Origin: a virus | Lineage: Duplodnaviria; Caudoviricetes | IMG/VR virus record: IMGVR_UViG_3300044674_000258 | Span: 1-28,543 of that record | Direction: 5' to 3' (one strand) | DNA: 28,543 nucleotides | In this document: positions 1 to 7,600 of the stretch, one piece after another | Layout: each line of letters starts with the position of its first letter | Numbering within the stretch: position 1 is the first letter of the stretch | Position numbers and translations under genes: made by a program | Notes under the pieces: model-generated | What the model saw: the letters and a program-made list of their open reading frames with translations, nothing else | Told to the model about the DNA's origin: nothing | Databases searched by the model: none

Positions 1-132
1 GTCAGCGCCAGGACGATATTCAACTGCCAATACAACCTCAGCGCCCCGACCAACGGGACGGTGGTCCTCCTGGCTCGCGCCTTGAAGGTGGACCCTAGCC
101 GTCTTCGTTCGGTTCTAAGTGAGCGAGGATGA
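1..132 (+). CDS. XRE/Cro-CI family helix-turn-helix protein, 5'-truncated by the window edge
   Basis: Frame 1 reads VSARTIFNCQYNLSAPTNGTVVLLARALKVDPSRLRSVLSERG*, matching the XRE pattern (VS..TI..........P.......LA.AL.V....L). Not in the ORF track because the start is outside the window. Confidence 0.75.
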   Translation, partial: VSARTIFNCQYNLSAPTNGTVVLLARALKVDPSRLRSVLSERG

Positions 133-457
133 TTGGCTCGCGGCGCAGGGTCCATACCTTGCGCTTGCCCCTCGGTCCTCGCTTGGACCAGGACCAAATC
201 TCAAAGCGAGCCGGGGCTTCGAGCCAGAGCTTGAGCCTCGGCTCCGCGATCGACTTCTTACGTCGGGCGGCGTGTCCCGTGCCGGACGTGGCCTGGACTG
301 CGAGCGGGCCTTGTTCGAGGTCGTCGATGACGATGAGGTCGATGCACCCGAACAGATCCTGGCGGATGCGGGCGTGCGGGTTCCACTTCTCCACGACCCC
401 GGCGATCCAGCCGTTCTTGCGGCAGTATTCGAGAGATCGTTGAGTAGGGCTGGACAC
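95..457 (-). CDS. Small phage PD-(D/E)XK-fold nuclease (Holliday-junction-resolvase-like)
   Basis: SPTQRSL...GW...VVEKWNPHARIRQDLFGCIDLI...LAVQATS: D...Q-x-T variant of the PD-(D/E)XK motif seen in a common phage family. GTG start. Confidence 0.7.
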   Translation of the reverse strand: MSSPTQRSLEYCRKNGWIAGVVEKWNPHARIRQDLFGCIDLIVIDDLEQGPLAVQATSGTGHAARRKKSIAEPRLKLWLEAPARFEIWSWSKRGPRGKRKVWTLRREPIILAHLEPNEDG

Positions 458-469
458 GGGGCGTGCCCG

Positions 470-498
470 ATGCTAGACATGCCTACGCATGGTCTCAA
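470..498 (-). promoter_or_regulatory. Candidate sigma70 promoter for the nuclease gene
   Basis: Minus strand TTGAGA (498-493), 17-nt spacer, TAGCAT (475-470), 12 nt upstream of the GTG. The spacer holds an imperfect palindrome GACATGCCTACGCATGGTC. Confidence 0.5.
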
Positions 499-517
499 GA
501 GAGAGGGGTCATGTCAT

Positions 518-769
518 GCCTCTGCTACATCTGGCGAGATGTGGGTTTGCGATAGCCATAACAACCGGCAGAGGCTTTGAGTGCGGTAGCTGAGAGGTTT
601 TGCTTGTTTTCCCTTCTCGGCTACCGCGCTCGCTTTTCACACACTTGGGCCGGAACCCCTGATCCGCGCGGCTGAATAAGCCAGCGCGCTCCCTCCCTTC
701 CCAGCAACCTAGCACCAGCGGTTCCGGCCCTCTTTTCTTGCTTGCATCCCGTGACGCGAAGCGTTACGG
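518..769 (+). ncRNA. Candidate multi-domain structured RNA / 5' leader of the replication operon
   Basis: Four consecutive stems: 518-525/568-575 (with inner 527-532/537-542); 579-597/613-631 (19 bp, only G-U deviations); 647-657/720-730 (perfect 11 bp); 749-757/761-769. They are separated by T-rich linkers. Confidence 0.65.
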
Positions 770-777
770 AGAGGGGC

Positions 778-1560
778 ATGAGAGGGCAAACCAAGTTACT
801 GGGCAACGAGCTACTGGACTCAAACCTCTGGGACGACACGATCTCCGTCGCGTCCAGATGGTTGTTCATCTGCTTGCTGCTGAAGACGGATGACGAGGGC
901 TGGATCGAGGTGGACGAGGACTACCGCGTCTGCTCTGAGATCTCAGGCTTAGGCATCCAGTCGGCGCAGAAGGCGCTGGCGGAGCTTCAGAAGGCGAACC
1001 TGATCTGCGTCTTCGACGACGACACGATCAGCGTCAACCGGGTCAGCCGGTTCCGTCAGCGCCAGACCGTGGCGCAAGCCAAGGCCGCTGAGAGAGTCCG
1101 GCGTCACCGTGAACGGAAGGCTCAAGCCGCTACCGAAAACGCTACCGAAAACGCTACCAAGAACGCTACAAGCAACCATCCCCCCCAGACCCCCCCTAGT
1201 GATATATATTCTAGTACTAGTACTAGTACAGACAGTACTAGTAGTACTAGTACAGTACAGGAGAAGAGGCAGGACCGGGAGGAGAAGTGGGCCGAGACAG
1301 GGTTCACCGAGTTCTGGGACGCCTACGGCAAGAAGACCGGGGCCAAGCCTGCGTTCTCTAGCTGGAACCGGCTGTCCAAGAAGGACCGCAGGGCAGCCAT
1401 GGGGCGCGTTCAGGAGTACGTCGCGAGCACGCCGGACGTGAGATTCCGCAAGAACCCCTCGACGTGGCTGAACCAACGAGGCTGGGAAGACGAGATGGTC
1501 GCGCCTCAAAAGCCCATGCCTCAAGAGCATCTGCATGAGGCTGGCGAGATTGACTTCTAA
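778..1560 (+). CDS. Phage replication initiator (N-terminal wHTH, C-terminal F..FW.AY...P.TWLNQ..W.DE domain)
   Basis: ATG 778 follows GGAGAGGGG, so it is preferred over TTG 742. Contains an AERVRRHRERK basic helix, a low-complexity linker and FTEFWDAYGKKTG...KNPSTWLNQRGWEDE. Lies next to a DnaC-like ATPase. Confidence 0.85.
   Translation: MRGQTKLLGNELLDSNLWDDTISVASRWLFICLLLKTDDEGWIEVDEDYRVCSEISGLGIQSAQKALAELQKANLICVFDDDTISVNRVSRFRQRQTVAQAKAAERVRRHRERKAQAATENATENATKNATSNHPPQTPPSDIYSSTSTSTDSTSSTSTVQEKRQDREEKWAETGFTEFWDAYGKKTGAKPAFSSWNRLSKKDRRAAMGRVQEYVASTPDVRFRKNPSTWLNQRGWEDEMVAPQKPMPQEHLHEAGEIDF
1129..1260. repeat. Probable replication origin: four tandem 12-bp iterons plus an AT-rich TAGTAC repeat tract
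   Basis: GCTACCGAAAAC x2 (1129,1141), GCTACCAAGAAC (1153), GCTACAAGCAAC (1165), then C-tracts, GATATATATT and repeated palindromic TAGTACTA (1201-1260), all inside the initiator gene as in lambda O. Confidence 0.75.
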
Positions 1561-1567
1561 GGGACTT

Positions 1568-1594
1568 TCTCTGTCCAGGCTGTCTGGGCAGGGA
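1568..1594 (+). other. Intergenic RNA hairpin between initiator and loader genes
   Basis: TCTCTGTCCAGG-CTG-TCTGGGCAGGGA, 12 bp with three G-U pairs on the + strand. No U-tract follows. Confidence 0.5.
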
Positions 1595-1637
1595 TGACCG
1601 CCGATCGTTCAACACAGGGGCAAGGAGGGCCGCTAGG

Positions 1638-2450
1638 ATGGAAGAGAGCGACGACACGCAGATCATGAACGCTTGGAGGACGCTGGAAGAGGCGACCAAG
1701 CATTGCGACGACCACGGGGCCTACGAGTCCAGCCTGATGGCGCACCGGCACCCACGGGTCCAGGCGTTCTGGACGAAGTGCCCGCAGTGCAACGAGGAGA
1801 TCGCCGAGGAGGAGGAGCGGCTACGGAAGAGCTACGAGATGCTCGTCCAGTCTGACCCCGGCGTCGAGGACAGGCTCAGAGCCATGATGATGGACGAGTC
1901 CGGGGTGCCGCCGCGCTACCGCAGCGCCCGACTCAAAGACTGGCAGGGAAAGAACCCGGCCATGCAGGAAGTCGGCAAGACTCTCCAGACCTACATCGAA
2001 AGGTTCGACATCGCGCTGGAGCAGGGCAAGAGCCTGATCTTCGTCGGCAACCCCGGCGCTGGCAAGACTTACGCAGCTTGCGCCGTAGTCAACGAGATCA
2101 TCTACAAGCGAGACCATTCCGCGCTGTACACCACGACGCAGGACTACCTTGTAAGGCTCCGAGCCTGCTACAACGCCGACGCAGAGGAGCGGGAGATGGA
2201 CGTGTTCAACACCTACGTCTCCCCCAGCCTGCTAGTCCTCGACGAAGTCGGGCGGCACAAGGACAGCAAGCACGCCTCAGACAGCCTGTTCGCCCTGCTC
2301 GACCGGCGCTACCGAGAAGTCCGACCCACCATCCTGGTCTCGAACATGAGCAAGGATGAACTGAAGGAGTATCTCGGAGAAGCCTTGGTCTCCAGGCTCA
2401 GGCAGGACGGGCAGATGCTCGGCTTCTACTGGGAGGACCAGCGGAAATGA
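1638..2450 (+). CDS. DnaC/IstB-like AAA+ helicase loader
   Basis: N-terminal CDDH...CPQC Zn motif, GVPPRY, Walker A GNPGAGKT, Walker B LLVLDEVG, LLDRRY...PTILVSN, SRL. RBS AAGGAGG at 1622-1628. Confidence 0.92.
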   Translation: MEESDDTQIMNAWRTLEEATKHCDDHGAYESSLMAHRHPRVQAFWTKCPQCNEEIAEEEERLRKSYEMLVQSDPGVEDRLRAMMMDESGVPPRYRSARLKDWQGKNPAMQEVGKTLQTYIERFDIALEQGKSLIFVGNPGAGKTYAACAVVNEIIYKRDHSALYTTTQDYLVRLRACYNADAEEREMDVFNTYVSPSLLVLDEVGRHKDSKHASDSLFALLDRRYREVRPTILVSNMSKDELKEYLGEALVSRLRQDGQMLGFYWEDQRK

Positions 2451-3220
2451 TCATCGTCTCTTTCGGAGGCGGCGTGAACAGCGCGGCCCTCATCGTCGGG
2501 ATGCAGGAGCGTGGCATGAACTGCGACGTGATCCTGTTCGCTGACACGGGCGGCGAGAAGCCGCACACCTACCAGTTCGTGGACATCATGGATCGGTGGC
2601 TCAAGAAGCATGGCTTCCCTGAGATCACCCGCGTCCGTGCCTCGCAGAAGACCTACCGGAATCTGGAGCACAACTGCCTCTACAAGAAGATGCTTCCGTC
2701 CCTGGCCTACGGCTTCAAGTCGTGCAGCCATAAGTATAAGAAGCAGCCGCAAGAGGTCTGGGCCAACAACTACCAGCCCGCCAAGGATGTCTGGGCAGCG
2801 GGTGAGAAGGTCACGAAGTATCTGAACATCGACATCGGAGAGCAGCGGCGAGCACAGATCCCAGAAGACGATAAGTATCGCTACGAGTATCCGCTCATCG
2901 ACTGGGGCTGGGAGCGAGAAGACTGCCTGCTCGCGCTCGAACGTGCCGGGCTACCTAACCCTGGTAAGTCTGCCTGCTTCTTCTGCCCCGGCTCGAAGAA
3001 GAAGGAGATCCTCGACCTCAAGCGGCAGTATCCCGAGCTTGCCCAGCGAGCCATCGAGATGGAGCGCAACGCCGAACTCGATACCGTCGCCGGGCTAGGC
3101 CGCTCGTTCAGTTGGGAGGCGTTCCTCAAGGCTGACGAGGCTCAAGGCAGGCTCTTCCCCGAGGTCGTCCCCGGCTTCCGCGAAACGTCCTGCCTGTGCT
3201 GGGACGGCGAAGAGGACTAG
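2447..3220 (+). CDS. PAPS-reductase-like / PP-loop adenine nucleotide alpha-hydrolase family protein
   Basis: IVSFGGGVNS PP-loop variant, ILFADTGGE.P.TY, YPLIDWGW.REDC, KSACFFCP and C-terminal SCLC. ATGA overlap with the loader gene. Confidence 0.85.
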   Translation: MIIVSFGGGVNSAALIVGMQERGMNCDVILFADTGGEKPHTYQFVDIMDRWLKKHGFPEITRVRASQKTYRNLEHNCLYKKMLPSLAYGFKSCSHKYKKQPQEVWANNYQPAKDVWAAGEKVTKYLNIDIGEQRRAQIPEDDKYRYEYPLIDWGWEREDCLLALERAGLPNPGKSACFFCPGSKKKEILDLKRQYPELAQRAIEMERNAELDTVAGLGRSFSWEAFLKADEAQGRLFPEVVPGFRETSCLCWDGEED

Positions 3221-3223
3221 AGC

Positions 3224-3493
3224 CTACCACTTGACCTTGTCGGCCCAGTAAGCCGCCGACATCTTGCCCTTCGCGATGTTCTTGGCGTGCCTCGCCTTGA
3301 AGGACTTGCGGCGGGCTTTCTCGCTGGCAGTCTTAGGGTTCTTGCCCGCGCCGCTCACGCCCTTCTGACCGAAGCGGATGAGCTTGACCTTGCCGCCTAC
3401 CTTCGCAAGCACGGCGTGAGACTTCGAGCCGTGGCCCGGAGTGCGCTTGGGCTTGTTGTAGCCCGAGAACTTCTCACCGCCGCGCTCGACCAT
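3224..3493 (-). CDS. Small highly basic conserved phage protein
   Basis: 89 aa, K/R-rich; KVKLIRFGQ.G...RRKSFKARH...SAAYWA...KW pattern familiar from aquatic phages. TAATG coupling to the upstream gene. Confidence 0.85.
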   Translation of the reverse strand: MVERGGEKFSGYNKPKRTPGHGSKSHAVLAKVGGKVKLIRFGQKGVSGAGKNPKTASEKARRKSFKARHAKNIAKGKMSAAYWADKVKW

Positions 3494-3789
3494 TAGTCGC
3501 CACCTTCAGTGAGCGTGTCCGACTTAGCGTTGGCCGAGCCCGACTTGCTCTTGACCCTCAGTCCGATGTAGGCAAACGTCGTGTCTGCGTCGATCGAGGA
3601 GATGTCACCGACGTTGAAGTGCGTCCCGGCAGCAAGGCGAGCAGACGGGATGGTGACGCTTGTCCCGCTGACCGTCATGGTCACGTTGCCCGTAGGCGCA
3701 GCGGTTACGTAGAGAGCGTCCAGCGCCGGGATGAACACCGTGTCCTGGTTCGCCGTGACGACGACGTTGTTTCTGTAAGGACCAGCCAT
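3493..3789 (-). CDS. Small beta-rich virion protein, possible head spike-base (RcGTA Rcc01079-like)
   Basis: VT...DT......ALYV....GNV......G..VT.....AG pattern resembles head-spike base proteins. Starts 2 nt after the upstream stop. Confidence 0.5.
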   Translation of the reverse strand: MAGPYRNNVVVTANQDTVFIPALDALYVTAAPTGNVTMTVSGTSVTIPSARLAAGTHFNVGDISSIDADTTFAYIGLRVKSKSGSANAKSDTLTEGGD

Positions 3790-3791
3790 GT

Positions 3792-3947
3792 CTACCTCTT
3801 CTTCGCAGTCTTAGCGCTGCGCTTAAATGCCTTGGCGGTCGGGGCACCCTTGGTCCCCGGCTTCCGCATCTTCTCGCCCGAGCCAGCCGCGATGCGCTTA
3901 CGCTTCGCGTTGATGTTGGCGTAGAGCCCCTTCTTCTTAGCGGCCAT
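3792..3947 (-). CDS. 51-aa highly basic phage protein
   Basis: MAAKKKGLYANINAKRKRIAAGSGEKMRKPGTKGAPTAKAFKRSAKTAKKR; GLYANI.AKRKRI family. ATG at 3947 overlaps the end of the upstream gene. Confidence 0.85.
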   Translation of the reverse strand: MAAKKKGLYANINAKRKRIAAGSGEKMRKPGTKGAPTAKAFKRSAKTAKKR

Positions 3948-4047
3948 AGCCCTTCTTCTTGCCCGGCATGGGCTTCTTGCCAACCTTCTTTGCGATCTTG
4001 GCGGGCATGGGCTTCTTGGAACCAGACTTCTTGCCGATCTTCTTCAT
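3937..4047 (-). CDS. 36-aa lysine-rich peptide
   Basis: MKKIGKKSGSKKPMPAKIAKKVGKKPMPGKKKGYGR. ATG 2 nt after the stop of 4050..4541, fills the gap exactly, and has an internal KKPMP repeat. Confidence 0.7.
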   Translation of the reverse strand: MKKIGKKSGSKKPMPAKIAKKVGKKPMPGKKKGYGR

Positions 4048-4049
4048 GG

Positions 4050-4541
4050 CTAGACGCTCGCGACAAACACTTCGACATCCACGGCAGCCGTGTCCGCCGT
4101 GGCCGTGATGTCCACCAAGTCCTCCAACGCCACCGTCAGCGCAGAAGAGTCGGCATCCATCGTATCCTTGCAGCCACCCGACATGTCGCACGGGTAGAGG
4201 AACGAGTGACCAGCGTCCAGCAGCAGCGCGAACTCGGCGCTGCCCTCGCTGCGGAACGTCAGCGTGACGTGGTTCGTGTCGTCCTTGTTGGTGATGCGGA
4301 TGTAACGGACATCGTCCTCGTCAAGCTGACCAGCGAGGTAACTCTTCGCGAGGTCCGTCTCCAACGTGGTGGAGAATCCGAGCAGGCCAGACTCCGTGGT
4401 CGGCACCGTGACGATGCGCTTCACGATCTCGTTCACGTTGTCCACCGTGATCGAGTTGGTCGCACCCTGAGCAGACCCGTTCAGCGTGATCGCCTCCGTG
4501 ATCGTGATGGTCAAGGTGGCGGCAGTGATCGTAGAGGCCAT
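4050..4541 (-). CDS. Acidic beta-sandwich-like protein, probable virion component
   Basis: 163 aa, Thr/Ala/Asp-rich alternating strands, VRYIRITNKDDTN motif; phage-typical codon usage. Confidence 0.7.
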   Translation of the reverse strand: MASTITAATLTITITEAITLNGSAQGATNSITVDNVNEIVKRIVTVPTTESGLLGFSTTLETDLAKSYLAGQLDEDDVRYIRITNKDDTNHVTLTFRSEGSAEFALLLDAGHSFLYPCDMSGGCKDTMDADSSALTVALEDLVDITATADTAAVDVEVFVASV

Positions 4542-4662
4542 GTCGGTAGTCTCTCAGAAATGCGGTAGAACGCAAGTGACCCAGAAGTCCATTACTGCTG
4601 ATTACTGGTAAGCGCGGTAACGCGGAAACTTACGGTGAAGCGCAACGGATGTCGTTACTTGT

Positions 4663-7600
4663 TTACTGACTCAGCCGTTGCAGGTCGCTCCGCTGGCCTG
4701 TGACGGCTCCTCGGATGAGGTCGTAGGTGCTCTCGCTCTCAAGCTCGCCTGCGATCTCGTCCCCGATCAAGGAGATGCGGCGCAATGCTCCACGGGCAGG
4801 CACGCCAAACATCGTGGCAATCTCAGACGCCAAATCCAGGCTCCCGGCTAGCGGCCTGTCTCCCAGCCTCGTCGTTCCACGGATCACGTTCTCGTAAGCC
4901 CGCTGCCACGGGGTCAGAGGGAATCGGTTGTTCCAGTATTCGTCGTCGAACCAGTAGTTCGCGATCATCTGCCAGCCTTGGTCTGCCAAGGGGATGCCGC
5001 CGAACACCTGATCCAACTGGCTGCGAGCCCAGAAGGTGAACGCCTCGTCGCCGTAGCCGTCGTCGTCGTCGTCCTCGAACTGCTCTCCCAGTTGGCCTCG
5101 TGCCAGAATCGTAGCAGCCGAAGCCAGCATCGCCGGGACCATCAGCGCGTAGAAGTAGGTCGAAGCCAAGGCTGCATACTTGCTGCGCTCCGTCTCGTCA
5201 GCGTCGATCCGACCCTGAGCGTAGGTCGTGTTGCCCCAGTTGATGAACCAAGATTTGAACGGGAACAGCGCCCTGACCAGACCGCCTTGGGACTCGAACA
5301 ACGACAAGTCCTCGCGCTCGCCAGCCATCTGCGTCCGGCGGACCTCACTGTCAGCGTAGGCGACAGCCTCTGCCTCAGACTCGATACCTCCACCAAGCTC
5401 CTGAACACGCTTGTTGTAGGCCGCCTGCCACACAGCCACGTCTACGTGGTTCTGGGTGATCTGCTGCAAGATGTAGGCATACTTGTTCGTCCAGTCTTGG
5501 AGCCTCGCCCAAGCCGAATCCTGGCTGGTCACGATCTTGCGCTGGCTCTGGAGAATGTCGAAGACCTGACGCTCCAAGCGAATCGCCATCTCCTTGGACT
5601 TGCCGATGATGTCTTGTCGGACGCTCGGGTTGAACAAGGTTCGGATGAACGAACCGGCAACCCGGCTGAACCCAAGACGGCGCATCGGGATGGCTAGGCC
5701 CGAGTAGTTCTGCAACGAGTTGCCCGCGTTCAAGAACATCACGCCCATGTTCGCGTTGCGAGCGATGGCATTGAGAGCCTGACCTGCCGCCAGCGCCTCA
5801 CGCTCCGTCGCTTGGTAGGTTGAACGCTTCAACCATGCCAGCAAGTTCCGATACGCCTTGTTGCCAAAGCGAGCCACGAACGCCGCCTTCACGGGGCTAT
5901 TGCCGTCCAAGCCGTTGATGATCTTGTAGGCGTCCGTGCCCGGTTCCGTCATGTGGATGAAGCGGTAGACCTCATGGGCATGGTGCAGGACTTGGCGAAG
6001 ATCCAACTCCAAAGCCCGACCATCCTGCACATCCTTGACGCGGTTCTTGGTGAACGACGGCAGGTATTCCATGACGCGCATGTGCTGCTGCTCAGGACTG
6101 ATTTGCCCCTCTTCCAGCGTAGCCTCCGTCAAGGTGCCACCATCCTCATCCCTAGCATAGCGCACAGGAATGTAGCCGCCCTTGAACTCGGTGGCCTCCG
6201 TCGCGCCGGGGAACGTGATCGTGAACGGCGTCGGCTCCACCGTCTCCATCTCGTAGCCACGGGTGCGATACATGACCTCCTGAGCCTTCTTGAACAAGCC
6301 GTCGTCTGCGAGCTTGTCGAACAGACTCTGCATGAACTGGAAGTCTTTGAGAGTCAGCACGCCCTGGTCGATCTGGCTTTGCAGAAATCTGCCGATCCCC
6401 GCTTCAACCGCTGCCCTGTTGCCATCCGGGCCAGTCAGCCCAGCCACCAGACGCTCTCGGTTACTCGCGTTGCCGTAGAAGTGCATCGCGAAGTGCATCA
6501 ACTCCAACTTGGCTGCGGTGTTGCCCGACCCGAACACGACAGGCTTGCGAGCGCCTGGGATCTCGGCAGTAATCATTCGCTCGCCGCCGGGCATCTTGAG
6601 ATCCAAACCCTTCAAGCCCTTTTGGAAGAAGTCCAAGAACCCCTTGAAGGCAACGCGCAGGTTGTTGGCAGCATCCTTGATCGTGCGGAACACGCTTGTC
6701 CAAGGGCCAGTCTCACCGCCGTCGATGCGTCGGAACAGTTGCTCAAACCTGATGAGGTCCGATGCGAAGTCGCGAATCCTTGACCACCAACCGTTCTCCT
6801 TCTCGTTGATCGCACGGTCCTTGGCAGAGATGCGGCTGATCCTAGTCAGCAAGGATTCTTGAGCCGTCTCGATGTCCTGCTTCTTGCCTTGAAGGACTGC
6901 ACTGCGATCATCTTTGGCTCGCTTGAGCCAGATGTTCATAAGCGTCCGCAACCTCTTGGCATCTGCCAGAGTCAAACGCTCCATCTGCTTGCGGCGGTCA
7001 CCGACCCGAGCCTCAGGCAAGTCCAAGCCCAAGAAGTGCTCGATCTCGCTCTCCATCTCCCTGCTGAACTCTGGGTGCTTCTGACGCATCGCGTCCATTG
7101 CAGCAGCAGGGTCGCCCTCGAACGCACCGCCGATGCCTAGCCTAGACAGCAGCGCGCGCAGGCCCTTGACGATGACTACGTCGTAGCCCGCCTTCGCCAG
7201 CGACTTGTCCGATCGGTGACGGAAGACACGCTTGTTGGCGTTGACCAGCTTGCGGACCTCCTCGCGAGCCTTGCCACCCTCACGGATCAGCGCCTCGTTC
7301 AGCAACTCCTGCCGCTTCGCGAACGCAGCAGCCTCCATGTCGCCGTCCTTCAGCGCTTTCAGCGCCTTCTTGCGAGCGCGGGCAGCAGCACGGTTGTAGG
7401 CCGTGAGATTGATGTCACCCGTAGGCGTTCTCGCGATGATGTCGCGAGCCATCTCCCGAGCGTTCGCCAACTCCTCCTTGGTGTTCTTGCCGTTGTTCAG
7501 GATGTAACGCAACTCCAAGCCGATGACGCGCTCGCGCATCCGGTTGTGGATCGCAGCCTGGATACGCTCCTCGACCAGCACCGGGTCCGTCAGACCCGAC

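Noticed and set aside
518-575. tRNA or hammerhead ribozyme in the branched RNA domain
   Set aside because: No TTC-loop/CCA cloverleaf and no CUGANGA/GAAA core.
1129-1260. CRISPR array
   Set aside because: The repeats are short, abutting, spacer-less and in-frame coding.
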